Source of the DNA: an uncultured Alphaproteobacteria bacterium
GTDB taxonomy: Bacteria; Pseudomonadota; Alphaproteobacteria; Rhizobiales; Xanthobacteraceae
DNA: 64,000 bases
Assembly (NCBI GenBank): GCA_963822795.1
Contig: CAWGJM010000045.1
Coordinates: 58,497-122,496 of the forward strand
Reading direction: 5' to 3'
The notes below the pieces were generated by a model. That model was not told where the DNA came from, did no database searches, and saw only the letters and a program-made list of their open reading frames with translations. Of the stretch, positions 34,298 to 44,883 are shown one piece after another (positions within the stretch are counted from its first letter, which is position 1; each line of letters begins with the position of its first letter). The position numbers were made by a program, and so were the translations under genes.

Positions 34298-35176
34298 TCA
34301 CTCCACCACGATCACGTCCACCGCGACGTTGAGCTTCTGCTTGCGCGATCCGACGATGATGCCGTCGACCGGCGAGACGTCGGAAAAATCGCGCCCGACG
34401 CCAAGGATGATGTGATCGTTCTCGACCAGGAGGTCGTTGGTGGGATCGAAGCCGATCCAGCCGACCTCGCGCCCGCACCACAGTGAGACCCAGGCATGCG
34501 TCGCGTCCGCGCCCTGCAGCCGCGGCTTTCCAGGCGGCGGGATGGTGCGCAGATAGCCGCTGACGTAGGCCGCCGGCAAGCCCAGCCCGCGCAGGCCGGC
34601 GATCATCACATGCGCAAAATCCTGGCAGACGCCGTGGCGCTTCTCGAACACTTCCCGGAGCGGCGTCGAGATCACGGTCGCCTTCGGATCGTATTTGAAG
34701 CCGCCTCGGATCCGGTGCATCAAATCCACCGCGCCGACGAGGACGCCGATATCAGGCGGAAAGCTCGCGGCGGCAAAGGCGGTGACCGGCGCCAGCACCG
34801 GCACCAGCGGGCTTGCGAAGACGTAGCCGATCGGTGACGACGGACCGAGGCTCGTGGCCTCGAACGCCAGGTCGCGCACGCTCTCCCACTTAGGGCTTGG
34901 CGCGGTGCGGCCCGGAGCTTCTCGCGACACCGAAACCCGCGAACGGGAATCGATACGCAAATGGCGATGCGCGGTTTCGATCACGACGTTCTCGGTGAGC
35001 GTGCCGAAAAAGTCGCGCCGTGAGGCGCGGTCCGCCGGCCGCGGCCTGATCTCGACGCTATGCGAGACCAGTTCCTGGCCGTCGCCGGTTCGTGGCTCCA
35101 GCCGCAGCGAGCAGCGGGCAAAGCTGACCGAACTTTCATAGGCGTAGGTGGTGACGTGACGGATGTCGTAGATCAC
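34298..35176 (-). CDS. Transglutaminase-like cysteine peptidase family protein
   Basis: Bacterial transglutaminase N-terminal region plus a core with Cys-His-Asp elements: HGVCQDFAH, THAWVSLW, GWIGFDPTN. Confidence 0.85.
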   Translation of the reverse strand: MIYDIRHVTTYAYESSVSFARCSLRLEPRTGDGQELVSHSVEIRPRPADRASRRDFFGTLTENVVIETAHRHLRIDSRSRVSVSREAPGRTAPSPKWESVRDLAFEATSLGPSSPIGYVFASPLVPVLAPVTAFAAASFPPDIGVLVGAVDLMHRIRGGFKYDPKATVISTPLREVFEKRHGVCQDFAHVMIAGLRGLGLPAAYVSGYLRTIPPPGKPRLQGADATHAWVSLWCGREVGWIGFDPTNDLLVENDHIILGVGRDFSDVSPVDGIIVGSRKQKLNVAVDVIVVE

Positions 35177-37707
35177 GCGAGGCCCGTGAGCTTTTCCGGC
35201 CGGCTCGCATTGGGCCCGTGCGGAAAATAGTGCAAGCCGATGGCGTCGGCGAGGTTGAGCAGGTCCTGCTCCAGCGCGAACAGCGTCTTGGTGTCCAGCG
35301 TCGCCGCCTCCGCCGTCGTCAGCGTCGCCTGCACCGCGACCGCAAGGCGTTGGGGCCGCTCGATCAGCCCGCTCTCGCGCAGCGCCGGCAGGCTCAAGAT
35401 GTGCTCGGTGAGCGAGAGGACCTGAAACGCGACCGAACGGGGGTTATAAGGGTCGAGCACGGCCAGATCGCGCACGGGCGCGAGCAGTGGCGCGACAAGA
35501 TAACGCGAGCGATAGGTGATCTGGCAATCCACCAGCGTCAGCAGGACGTCAAGATCTTCCTCGCCGGCCTCGTCATAGGCGAACTGGCGCGCGAAACGGG
35601 TGGTGTTGATGGCGCGCTCGGCGCGGCGGCCCATTTCCAGGAAGCGCCAGCCCGCGGCGCGGTTCATGTTCTCCTGCGCCAGGCCAGCGAAGCTTGCAAG
35701 CTCCTGCAAGGTCAGTTCCGCGGCGCTGACGATGCCGTCATCGTCCTCGATCTCATGCGCCAGCCGCTCGGTCATTTCGGTGATGACCTGCCAGGCATCC
35801 GGCGACAGCCGCTCGCGCAAAGACGTCGCGGTGCGCTGGGCCGAGCGTACCAGCGACAAGGCCGAGCCGAACCGTTCCTCGCTTTGCAGCGCCTCGGCGA
35901 TCACCTTGGCGGGCTGCGTCCGCGAGGCCTGCGAGGCCGCGCCCCAGGTCACGAGCAGCCGCTGGATCCGCTCGACCGCGTGCATTTGGTTGGGCGAACC
36001 CTTGACCGCATCGCGCTGCTGCATGCCGAGCGCGCGCACCAGCCGCGAGGTGGCTTCGGCCCGCTCCAGATAGCGGCCGAGCCAGAACAAATTGTCGGCG
36101 GCTCGCGAGGGTAGCACGCCGGCGATGCGCCTGATCCGGACGCTGTCGGAGGCCGGCAGCAACGTCCTGGTCGACACCTGCTTTTCGGAAACCACCCAGA
36201 CGTCGGCCGCGCGGGCGCCATCGCCCATCGACACCGCACGCGCGTCGGGCTGCTCGGCGATCCGGCAGAAGCCGCCGGGCATCAGGGTCCAGCCATTTGG
36301 CGTGGCGGCGGCGAACACCCGCAGCACGAACGGGCGCGGCGTGATCCGTCCCTGGTCCCACACCGGCATGGTCGACAGCCGCACCAGCTCCTGGCCGACA
36401 TAGTCGATGCCGCGCTCGTTGAGCGCGGCCTTCAGACGTTCGCGCTCGCTGGAAGACAGCTCGGCGGCGAGCACCGGCCCGTTGCTCTGGAAGCCGGGCA
36501 CGCCCTGCCCATAGGCGCCCTCGATCGCGACCTCGTCGAGCCGCGACAGCACTTCCTCGCGCGCGGCCTTCTGGCCGCACCACCAGGTTGCGATATGCGG
36601 CATCTTCAATTCTTCGCCGAAGAAGCGCCGGCAAAGGCTGGGCAGGAACCCCAACAGCGCCCTCGCCTCCAAGACGCCCGAGCCCGGCATGTTGGCGACG
36701 ACCACGCCGTCCTTGCGCAGCACGTCGATCAGCCCGGGCACGCCGAGATGCGAAGAAGCATCCAGTTCGAGCGGATCGAGGAAATTGGAATCGACCCGGC
36801 GCAACAGCACGTCAAGCCGCTTCAGCCCGGCGACGGTGCGGATATGAATGCGGTCGCCGGAGACGACGAGATCGTCGCCCTCGACCAGCAGGAAGCCGAG
36901 ATAGCGCGCAAGCGTGGCGTGCTCGAAATAGGTTTCGCTGAAAGCGCCCGGTGTCAACACGCCGATCCTCGGCTCGTCGCGGTCGGGGCCGGCGCGCAAG
37001 GCATCGCGAAAAGCCTCGAAGAACGGCGCCACCCGCTCGACATTCATCGACTTGTAGAGCGAGGCAAGGGCGCGCGACAGAACGAGCCGGTTCTCCAGCG
37101 CATAGCCTGAGCCCGACGGCGCCTGCGTGCGGTCGCCCAGCACCCACCAGCGCCCGTCCGGTCCGCGGCCGACATCGGCGGCATAGAGGCTCAAGTAGCG
37201 GCCGCCCGGCGGCTTGATGCCGCAGACGGGACGCAAATATTCAGCGCTGCCGGCGATCGCAGCCGCGGGGATCGCGCCCTCGGCGACCAGTCTGCCCTCG
37301 CCGTAGATGTCGCTGAGCACGAGCTCCAGGAGTTCGGCGCGCTGCACGATGGCGGCGGCCAGTTGCTGCCATTCGGCCTCGTCGATTAGAAGCGGCAGGT
37401 GGCTCAGCGGCCAAAGCCGGTCGGCGCTTTCCCCGGGGGCGCGGTAGGTGACGCCGGCATCCCGCAAATGCCGGTCGGCGGCGCCGAAACGCCGCTCGAT
37501 GTCGGCGGGCGCAAGGGCTGCGAAGGCATCGAAGAAGCGGGTCCACACCGCGCGCGGCGTGCCGTCCTGGGCGATATATTCGTCGGGAATTCCAGGCAGG
37601 CGAACATAGTCGCGGGTCCATTGCGCGACCCGCCGATGGCCGGGGCGGATCCGGCTTGCCGGATTGCCAGTTCCCTCGCTCGCTCCCTGGCCGGCGCTGT
37701 CCGCCAT
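35173..37707 (-). CDS. Circularly permuted ATP-grasp domain fused to an alpha-E domain
   Basis: 844 aa. The N-terminal half matches the DUF404/DUF407-type CP ATP-grasp pattern from memory. The C-terminal half carries the alpha-E signature NLFWLGRYLERAE. 4-nt overlap with the downstream transglutaminase gene. Confidence 0.75.
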   Translation of the reverse strand: MADSAGQGASEGTGNPASRIRPGHRRVAQWTRDYVRLPGIPDEYIAQDGTPRAVWTRFFDAFAALAPADIERRFGAADRHLRDAGVTYRAPGESADRLWPLSHLPLLIDEAEWQQLAAAIVQRAELLELVLSDIYGEGRLVAEGAIPAAAIAGSAEYLRPVCGIKPPGGRYLSLYAADVGRGPDGRWWVLGDRTQAPSGSGYALENRLVLSRALASLYKSMNVERVAPFFEAFRDALRAGPDRDEPRIGVLTPGAFSETYFEHATLARYLGFLLVEGDDLVVSGDRIHIRTVAGLKRLDVLLRRVDSNFLDPLELDASSHLGVPGLIDVLRKDGVVVANMPGSGVLEARALLGFLPSLCRRFFGEELKMPHIATWWCGQKAAREEVLSRLDEVAIEGAYGQGVPGFQSNGPVLAAELSSSERERLKAALNERGIDYVGQELVRLSTMPVWDQGRITPRPFVLRVFAAATPNGWTLMPGGFCRIAEQPDARAVSMGDGARAADVWVVSEKQVSTRTLLPASDSVRIRRIAGVLPSRAADNLFWLGRYLERAEATSRLVRALGMQQRDAVKGSPNQMHAVERIQRLLVTWGAASQASRTQPAKVIAEALQSEERFGSALSLVRSAQRTATSLRERLSPDAWQVITEMTERLAHEIEDDDGIVSAAELTLQELASFAGLAQENMNRAAGWRFLEMGRRAERAINTTRFARQFAYDEAGEEDLDVLLTLVDCQITYRSRYLVAPLLAPVRDLAVLDPYNPRSVAFQVLSLTEHILSLPALRESGLIERPQRLAVAVQATLTTAEAATLDTKTLFALEQDLLNLADAIGLHYFPHGPNASRPEKLTGLA

Positions 37708-37737
37708 CCCAACTCTCCCATCCCCAAAGCCCTGTTC

Positions 37738-40700
37738 TCAATGAAGGAGCGGTGTTCTCAAGTCGAGGGTTAGCGGAAACTCAACTGTGCGTTCTTCGGG
37801 CGGCGGATCGATCTTTCCGGGCGTGTGGCCGTGATCCTGAAACCGGGCCAGCCGCCGCGCCTCGGCCTCGTAAGAATTGACCGGTTTTGTTTCATAATTA
37901 CGACCGCCGGGATGCGCGACGTGATAAACGCAGCCGCCGAGCGAGCGGCCGTTCCAGGTGTCGATCAGATCGAACGTCAGGGGCGCGTGGACGGGAATGG
38001 TCGGGTGCAGGCCCGAGGCCGGCTGCCATGCCTTGAAGCGGAGGCCCGCGACCGCTTCGCCGGAGCGCCCGGTCGCCGTCATCGGCATCCGCCGGCCATT
38101 GCAGCTGACGACGTGGCGGCCCTCGACAAAGCCCTCGGCCTTCACCTGCAGCCGTTCGACCGAACTATCGACATAACGCACGGTGCCGCCGGCCGAGCCC
38201 TCCTCGCCCAGAACGTGCCAGGGCTCCAGCGCCTGCCGCAGTTCCATCGCGACGCCGCCATGATGGACCCGGCCAAATGCCGGAAACCGGAACTCGAGCT
38301 GGGCCCGATACCAATCCGGCGAGAAATCGTAGCCGGACTGCCGCAGTTCCTCCAACACGTCGAGGAAATCCTCCCAGAGGAAATGCGGCAGCATGAACCG
38401 GTCATGCAGCGTGGTGCCCCAGCGCACGAATTTGCCGCCTTGCGGCTCGCGCCAGAGCTTTGCGATCAGCGCGCGGACCAGGAGCTGCTGCGCCAGCGAC
38501 ATTCGCGGATCGGGCGGCATTTCGAGCGCGCGGAATTCGACGAGGCCGAGCCGGCCGGTGGTGCCTTCAGGTGAATAGAGCTTGTCGATGCAGATCTCGG
38601 CGCGGTGGGTATTGCCTGTGATATCGACCAGGATGTGCCGGAACAGCCGATCGACCAACCACAGCGGCGCCTCCAGCCTCGGCGGCGGCACATGGGCCAG
38701 CGCGACTTCCAGCTCATAGAGGCTGTCGTGGCGCGCCTCGTCGATCCGCGGCGCCTGGCTGGTCGGGCCGATGAACATGCCGGAGAACAAATACGACAGC
38801 GACGGATGGCGCTGCCAGTATAGCACGAGACTCTTCAAGAGATCCGGACGGCGCAGGAACGGCGAGTCCTCCGGCGTTCCGCCGCCCACAACCACATGGT
38901 TGCCGCCGCCGGTGCCGGTGTGCCGGCCGTCGACCAGGAAGCGGTTGGCCCCCAGCCGGACCTTCGCGGCGTCCTCGTAAAGGCCGAAGGTGATGTCGAC
39001 AGCCTCGCGCCAGCTCGTCGCCGGCTGGACGTTGACCTCGATCACGCCGGGATCGGGCGTCACCTTGATCACGTCGACGCGTGGATCGAACGGCGGCGCA
39101 TAACCCTCGACATGAACCTGCAGCTTCATGTCCTCGGCGGTCGCTTCAACCACCGTGACCAACTCCAGGTAATCCTCGAGCTTTTCCACCGGCGGCATGA
39201 AGGCGCAGAGCACGCCGTCGCGGATCTCGATCGACATCGCGGTGCGGACGGGGCCATGCCCGACGCGCTCCTCCTGCACCTTCCGATGCGGCGGCGTCTC
39301 GTCTTCGCCTTTATCGCCGAACTCCGATAGAGCCTCGCGCGGCTCCATTGGATCCTGCTCGACGACGTAGGGATATTCGTCCGCCGGAACATGCAGCAGC
39401 GACGCGATCGGCAATCGCAAGCCGAGCGGAGAATCGCCGGGTATCAGGAACAAACCGCCGCGCCGAAGCTTCCAGTGCTCGCTGCGCCAGCGCGCGGCTT
39501 CGGCCTTCCCGCGCTCGATCGGCAACACGAAACCCCGGGGGATGTTGAGCCCGGTATCGAACACCCGCGCCATCCGCGCGCGCTCCTCGGGGTCGGCCAG
39601 TTTGGAGTCGCCGGGCTCGACATTCGCCGGCAGCGCGGCTTCCTTCTGCAACCAGTGGCCCGGATCCTCGAAGGCCGGCAGCACGTAGACCGCAGCAAGC
39701 CCCAGCCGTTTCGCGGTCGTTTCGGCGAAACGTTCGGCGTCGGCGATATCGGCCTTGCGCGGGTTCTCGATGTTGGCGATCAGGTCGGCATTCTTCCAGA
39801 TCGGCACGCCGTCCTTGCGCCAATAGAGCCCGAACGCCCAGCGCGGCAGGGTTTCGCCGGGATACCATTTGCCCTGACCGTAATGCAGCAGTCCGCCGGG
39901 CGCAAACCGCGCCCGCAAGCGCCGGATCAGGTCGTCGGCGAGCGCGCGCTTGGTCGGGCCGACGGCGGCGATATTCCATTCCGGCGCTTCCAGGTCGTCG
40001 ACCGAGACGAAGGTCGGCTCGCCGCCCATGGTCAGCCGCACGTCATGCGCCCTGAGGTCGGCATCGACCTGTTCGCCGAGCTTGTCGAGCCGCGCCCAGG
40101 AGTCATCGGAAAACGGCCGGGTGATCCGCGGCGCCTCGCGGATGCGCTTGACGCTCATCTCGAACGCGAACTCGACATTGGCAAACCCGGCGCTGCCCGA
40201 GATCGGCGCGGCCGAGCGATAGTGCGGCGTGGCGGCGACAGGGATGTGCCCCTCGCCCGTCAGCATGCCCGAGGTGACGTCGAAACCGATCCAGCCCGCG
40301 CCGGGCAGATAAACCTCGGCCCAGGCGTGCAGGTCGGTGAAATCGTTCTCGAGCTCGCGCGGCCCTTCGACGGGATCGATGTCGGGGCGCAATTGAATGA
40401 GGTAACCGGAGACGAAACGGGCGGCTAGACCGAGATGCCTGAAGATCTGGATCAACAGCCAGGCGGAGTCGCGGCACGATCCGGCGCAGGAGGTCAGCGT
40501 CTCTTCCGGCGCCAGAACGCCCGGCTCCATGCGGATGATATAATGAATCTTTTTCTGCAGTTGGGCGTTGAGGTCGACCAGGAAGTTGACCGTCGAGTCC
40601 GCCTCGCGTGGAATCTCCTTGAGATAGGCTGCGAGCAGCGGCCCGGGCTCCATCGTCTCAAGATAGGGCGCAAGCTCACCTTTCAGGCCATCGGGATATT

Positions 40701-41013
40701 GAAACGGAAAGCTGAAGGCATAGGGCTCGACGAAGAAATCGAAGGGATTGACCACGGTCATCTGCGCCGTGAAGTCGACCTCTATTTTGAACTCAGTGAC
40801 CTTCTCCGGGAAGACGTAACGCGCCAGCCAGTTGCCCTGTGGATCCTGCTGCCAGTTCACAAAATGGTTCGGCGGCGTGACCTTGAGCGAATAGCTCAGG
40901 ATCGGCGTGCGCGTGTGCGGCGCTGGGCGCAGCCGAATGGTTTGAGGGCCGAGGTCGATCGGACGGTCGTATTTGTAGTGCGTGACGTGATGTAGTGCGA
41001 CGAAGATTGACAC
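37738..41013 (-). CDS. Large transglutaminase-domain protein of the DUF2126 type
   Basis: N-terminal transglutaminase region ([10 protein letters not shown]...[23 protein letters not shown]), then about 800 aa of conserved unknown region. Start chosen at GTG 41011-41013 ([18 protein letters not shown]); the track ORF starts at 41070. Confidence 0.75.
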   Translation of the reverse strand: MSIFVALHHVTHYKYDRPIDLGPQTIRLRPAPHTRTPILSYSLKVTPPNHFVNWQQDPQGNWLARYVFPEKVTEFKIEVDFTAQMTVVNPFDFFVEPYAFSFPFQYPDGLKGELAPYLETMEPGPLLAAYLKEIPREADSTVNFLVDLNAQLQKKIHYIIRMEPGVLAPEETLTSCAGSCRDSAWLLIQIFRHLGLAARFVSGYLIQLRPDIDPVEGPRELENDFTDLHAWAEVYLPGAGWIGFDVTSGMLTGEGHIPVAATPHYRSAAPISGSAGFANVEFAFEMSVKRIREAPRITRPFSDDSWARLDKLGEQVDADLRAHDVRLTMGGEPTFVSVDDLEAPEWNIAAVGPTKRALADDLIRRLRARFAPGGLLHYGQGKWYPGETLPRWAFGLYWRKDGVPIWKNADLIANIENPRKADIADAERFAETTAKRLGLAAVYVLPAFEDPGHWLQKEAALPANVEPGDSKLADPEERARMARVFDTGLNIPRGFVLPIERGKAEAARWRSEHWKLRRGGLFLIPGDSPLGLRLPIASLLHVPADEYPYVVEQDPMEPREALSEFGDKGEDETPPHRKVQEERVGHGPVRTAMSIEIRDGVLCAFMPPVEKLEDYLELVTVVEATAEDMKLQVHVEGYAPPFDPRVDVIKVTPDPGVIEVNVQPATSWREAVDITFGLYEDAAKVRLGANRFLVDGRHTGTGGGNHVVVGGGTPEDSPFLRRPDLLKSLVLYWQRHPSLSYLFSGMFIGPTSQAPRIDEARHDSLYELEVALAHVPPPRLEAPLWLVDRLFRHILVDITGNTHRAEICIDKLYSPEGTTGRLGLVEFRALEMPPDPRMSLAQQLLVRALIAKLWREPQGGKFVRWGTTLHDRFMLPHFLWEDFLDVLEELRQSGYDFSPDWYRAQLEFRFPAFGRVHHGGVAMELRQALEPWHVLGEEGSAGGTVRYVDSSVERLQVKAEGFVEGRHVVSCNGRRMPMTATGRSGEAVAGLRFKAWQPASGLHPTIPVHAPLTFDLIDTWNGRSLGGCVYHVAHPGGRNYETKPVNSYEAEARRLARFQDHGHTPGKIDPPPEERTVEFPLTLDLRTPLLH

Positions 41014-41116
41014 GGACGGGGCCACTCCAGCAGCTGTTTTAAGCAGAACACTGCTGAAGGCGTCGATCAAGCACTAACAACGGGCAGCGGATGCCCATGG
41101 GGGCGGCGGATTGGAT

Positions 41117-41236
41117 GTCGTCGTCCCGGCGAACGGCGAACGCCGGGACCCATAACCACAGGCTTTTGTGGCGGCAAAAGGTAACTGCCACAGCGCCAAA
41201 ATGAGATGTATGGGTCCCGGCGTTCGCCGGGACGAC
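41117..41236. repeat. REP family D element
   Basis: The left arm gtcgtcgtcccggcgaacggcgaacgccgggacccata (with a duplicated gcgaac) pairs with the right arm tatgggtcccggcgttcgccgggacgac. It lies 26 nt downstream of the UxaA-family gene stop. Confidence 0.7.
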
Positions 41237-41261
41237 ATCGGAGGGTGCGGCTGCGCAGCAG

Positions 41262-42785
41262 CTACATCGTCGCGCCAAGCACCCAGGGCGCGAACTCGGC
41301 GCCGCCGAAATCAAAGCTTTCGCTCTTGGTCGGCTGGCCGGAGGCGGTCTTCAGCATCAATTCGAAGATGCGTTCGCCGCATTGCTGCACGGTCTCCTCG
41401 CCATCGAGGATGGTGCCGCAATTGACGTCCATGTCGTCTTCCATGCGCTTGTACATCGGCGTGTTGGTGGCAAGCTTGATCGAGGGCGCGGGCTTGCAGC
41501 CGAACACGCTGCCGCGCCCGGTGGTGAAGCAGACGAGATTGGCGCCGCCCGCCACCTGCCCGGTCGCGGCGACCGGGTCGTAGCCTGGCGTATCCATGAA
41601 CACAAAACCCTTCTTGGTGACGGGCTCGGCGTAGTGCAGCACGTCCACCAGATTGGTGCTCCCGGCCTTCGCCATCGCGCCGAGAGATTTTTCTAAAATC
41701 GTGGTCAGCCCGCCGGCCTTGTTGCCGGGGCTCGGATTGGCGTTCATCTCGGCGCCTTCGCGCTCGGTATATTCCTCCCACCAGCGCATCAACGACACCA
41801 GCTTTTCGCCGACCTCGCGGCTGACGGCGCGCCGCGTCAGCAGATGCTCGGCCCCGTAAGTCTCCGGAGTCTCGGACAGGATCACCGTGCCGCCATGCCG
41901 CACCAACAGATCACTGGCCGCGCCGAGCGCCGGATTGGCGGAGACTCCGGAATAGCCATCGGAGCCGCCGCATTGCAGCGCCACGATTAATTCGCTGGCC
42001 GGGACAGGCTCGCGCTTGACCTTGTTGGCGTCGGTGAGCGCCTCTTTCACAAAGGCGATGCCGGCTTCAACCGTCTTGCGCGTGCCGCCGACTTCCTGGA
42101 TGTCCATCGCGCGCAGCCGGCCGGCGAGTTTTTGCTCCTGCATCAAGCCGCCGATCTGGTTGACCTCGCAGCCAAGGCCGAGCACGACGACGGCGGAGAA
42201 ATTGACATGCCGCGCGTAGCCGCCGAGCGTCCGGCGCAGCAGCGCCAGCGGCTCGTCCTGGGTCATGCCGCAGCCGGTCTTGTGGGTGAGCGCGACCACG
42301 CCGTCGACATTCGGGAAATCGGCCAGCGGATTGTCGCCGGTGAACGGGTTCTTCTTGAAGACGTCAGCGACGAGGCCGGCGACATGGGCGCTGCAATTCA
42401 CCGAGGTGAGGATGCCGATGTAGTTGCGGGTCGCAACACGTCCGTCGGGACGGCGGATGCCGTCGAAGGTCGCCGGCAGATCGAAATTCGGCACCGGCTT
42501 CACGTCGACGCCATAGGCATAATCCTTGGCGAAGTCGCCCATGCCGCAGTTTTGGGTATGCACATGCTGGCCCGGCGCAATCGGCGCAGTGGCGAAGCCG
42601 ATGATCTGGCCGTAGCGGCGGATCGGCTCACCCAGGGCAATCGGCTTGATCGCGACCTTGTGGCCGGCCGGAATCCGCTCGACGGTGGTCACACCGTCGG
42701 CGACCACGAGGCCTGCGGGCAAGCTCGAGCGCGCGATCAGCACGCCGTCGTCGGGATGCAGGCGAATGACAGGTGCCGGGGCCAT
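41262..42785 (-). CDS. UxaA-family (altronate/galactarate) dehydratase
   Basis: 507 aa. An N-terminal SAF-like domain (VIRLHPDDGVLIA...IPAGHKVAIKPI..GEPI.RYGQIIG), then a UxaA-like body. Confidence 0.8.
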   Translation of the reverse strand: MAPAPVIRLHPDDGVLIARSSLPAGLVVADGVTTVERIPAGHKVAIKPIALGEPIRRYGQIIGFATAPIAPGQHVHTQNCGMGDFAKDYAYGVDVKPVPNFDLPATFDGIRRPDGRVATRNYIGILTSVNCSAHVAGLVADVFKKNPFTGDNPLADFPNVDGVVALTHKTGCGMTQDEPLALLRRTLGGYARHVNFSAVVVLGLGCEVNQIGGLMQEQKLAGRLRAMDIQEVGGTRKTVEAGIAFVKEALTDANKVKREPVPASELIVALQCGGSDGYSGVSANPALGAASDLLVRHGGTVILSETPETYGAEHLLTRRAVSREVGEKLVSLMRWWEEYTEREGAEMNANPSPGNKAGGLTTILEKSLGAMAKAGSTNLVDVLHYAEPVTKKGFVFMDTPGYDPVAATGQVAGGANLVCFTTGRGSVFGCKPAPSIKLATNTPMYKRMEDDMDVNCGTILDGEETVQQCGERIFELMLKTASGQPTKSESFDFGGAEFAPWVLGATM

Positions 42786-42909
42786 GGGAGTCTCCTTGTT
42801 CGCTACTACCTCCCGCCGTTCTTTTACGGGGAGAGGTCGGATTGCGTTAGCAATCCGGGTGAGGGGCGAGCCACAATGTCAATTACTATCACCGCAATCG
42901 CGGAAAGAG

Positions 42910-42950
42910 CCCTTCACCCCGCCCTCTCCCGGCAAGAGCGGGGCGAGGGA
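42910..42950 (-). repeat. REP family B copy (reverse orientation)
   Basis: cccttcaccccgccctctcccggcaagagcggggcgaggga. A separate palindrome, CGGATTGC-GTTA-GCAATCCG, lies at 42838-42857. Confidence 0.7.
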
Positions 42951-42962
42951 GAAGAGAAGAGG

Positions 42963-43739
42963 TTACGCCTTTCCGGCGGAATCCTTCCGGGTCTGCTTCA
43001 CCTGCATCTTGGCGTAGGTCATCATCAGTCCGCTCTCGTTCGACAGCGTCACGAGCTTGAAGCCCATGTTGATGGCGCGCACGGCGCCGTCGGCGCCTGA
43101 GCAGTGGATGCCGGGATGGAGGCCGCGCTTGCCGCACTCCTTCACGATCCTCTCGTAGATCTTGAGGATCTCCGGCTCGTCGCGATCGAGCTTCGGCACC
43201 AACCCGTAGGAGAAGCCGAGGTCGGAGGGACCGATATAGACGCCGTCGATGCCCTGGACGTCGAGGATCGATTCCATGTTGCCGACCGCGGTCTTGGTCT
43301 CCATCATCGGCAGCAGCACGATCTCTTCGTTGGCGGTCTGCTGATAGGTGCCGGCCGAACCGTACATGCCGGAACGGATCGGGCCGTTCGAGCGCGTGCC
43401 GCGCGGCGGATATTTGCTGTAGGAGACGAGGTTCTCGGCTTCTTCCTTGGTATTGATCATCGGGCAGATCACGCCATAGGCGCCGCCATCGAGCACCTTG
43501 CCGATGATGCCGGGCTCGTTCCAAGGCACGCGGACCATCGGCGTCACCGGGTGGCCGTGCATCGCCTGGAAGCATTGCACCATGGACTGGTAGTCCTGTA
43601 CGCCGTGCTGCATGTCGACGGTGACGCTGTCGAAGCCGCATTGCGCGATCACCTCGGCCGAAAAGCCCGATGGTATAGCCAGCCAGGCATTGACGACCGC
43701 CTTGCCCGAAGCCCAGATCTGCTTGACTTTATTTGCCAT
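42963..43739 (-). CDS. HpcH/HpaI-family 2-keto-3-deoxy-acid aldolase
   Basis: 258-aa HpcH/HpaI aldolase-like sequence (AWLAIPS...AEV.A..GFDSV.VDMQHG...). It could be HpaI or a GarL-like enzyme; sequence reading alone cannot decide. Confidence 0.75.
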   Translation of the reverse strand: MANKVKQIWASGKAVVNAWLAIPSGFSAEVIAQCGFDSVTVDMQHGVQDYQSMVQCFQAMHGHPVTPMVRVPWNEPGIIGKVLDGGAYGVICPMINTKEEAENLVSYSKYPPRGTRSNGPIRSGMYGSAGTYQQTANEEIVLLPMMETKTAVGNMESILDVQGIDGVYIGPSDLGFSYGLVPKLDRDEPEILKIYERIVKECGKRGLHPGIHCSGADGAVRAINMGFKLVTLSNESGLMMTYAKMQVKQTRKDSAGKA

Positions 43740-43778
43740 TGATCGCGTTTCCTCTCGTCGTTTCTTGGCTATGCCGGC

Positions 43779-44864
43779 CTAGCTCGTCGCCCGCTGGATG
43801 CTCACTTCACTTACGCCGACGTCGCGCGCGGTGTTCACTATCGCCGCCCAGGTATCATCAGGCAAGGGGACGCCGTTTTTGCAGCGCTCGGCCCGCATTT
43901 TGGCTTCGGGCTCGCCCGGAATCAGCACGGCATCGACGCCCGCGGCGGGCTGGGTGTCCTTGAAATAGGCGACGTAACGCGCCATCTCGCCGTCGAAAAA
44001 ATTGGCGGGATCGACCACTTTCGGGTCGATATAGATCGCGAGCATGCCGTTGGCGAAGCGCCGGTTCGGCGCCGTGGCGCCGGTGCCGGTCAGGGCGCCG
44101 CCGAGCAGTTCGCACATCAACGCCAGTCCCGAACCCTTGTGCTCGCCGAAGGCGCGGATGGCGCCCTTGCCCTGGCTATGATCGCGCGGACCGCCCGCGG
44201 TGTGGGGTCCGTAAAGCACAGTCGGGTCTTCGCTCAAGGTTCCGTCGAGATCGATCAGCGCGCCCTTCGGCAGTTTCTTGCCGCCGCGGCTCGCCACCAA
44301 GACCTTGCCCTCGGCGACGATCGAGGTCGCAAAATCGAGCACGACAGGCCCCTGCCCTTGGCGTGGAATGCCGACGCAATAGGGCGCGGTGGACAGCCTC
44401 CGCTCGACGCCGCCATAGGGCGCGACCAACACCGAGCCCGCGGCATTGACGAAATGGATGGAGACGAGGCCCTCGGCGGCGGCCATCTCGGCCCAATCGC
44501 CGACGCGGCCGATATGGCCGGCATTGCGTAGCGCGACCGCGGCAAGGCCCGCCTTCCTGCACTTCTCGATACCGATCCTGACCGCCTGCGGCGTCACCGT
44601 CTGGCCGTAGCCGAACTTGCCGTCGATCACCGCCAGCGACGGCGTATCGACCACCACTTCGGCGGTCTGGTTGGGGACGACCGAGCCCATCTTCTTCCAG
44701 CGGATGTAGACGGGAACCCGGATCACGCCGTGGCTGTCATGCCCGGTCAGATTCGCCGTCGTGAGATAAGTCGCGATGCGCGTTGCTTCCTCCGGCAAAG
44801 ACTCGGCATGCCCAAACACGTCGGCGACGAAATCGATGAGGTTTTCGACCTTGATGGTGACCAT
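43779..44864 (-). CDS. Ldh2-family (malate/L-lactate/ureidoglycolate-type) oxidoreductase
   Basis: 361 aa with ...LTGHDSHGVIRVPVYI..., characteristic of the Ldh_2 family. Confidence 0.75.
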   Translation of the reverse strand: MVTIKVENLIDFVADVFGHAESLPEEATRIATYLTTANLTGHDSHGVIRVPVYIRWKKMGSVVPNQTAEVVVDTPSLAVIDGKFGYGQTVTPQAVRIGIEKCRKAGLAAVALRNAGHIGRVGDWAEMAAAEGLVSIHFVNAAGSVLVAPYGGVERRLSTAPYCVGIPRQGQGPVVLDFATSIVAEGKVLVASRGGKKLPKGALIDLDGTLSEDPTVLYGPHTAGGPRDHSQGKGAIRAFGEHKGSGLALMCELLGGALTGTGATAPNRRFANGMLAIYIDPKVVDPANFFDGEMARYVAYFKDTQPAAGVDAVLIPGEPEAKMRAERCKNGVPLPDDTWAAIVNTARDVGVSEVSIQRATS

Positions 44865-44883
44865 GGAAGGTTAGCTCTTGAGG

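Noticed and set aside
33849-34481. Upstream 211 codons of the 335-aa minus-strand track ORF
   Set aside because: This stretch runs through REP families C and D and translates to Arg/Pro-rich nonsense. Only the last 124 codons, from MRYLPLVV, form a plausible secreted protein.
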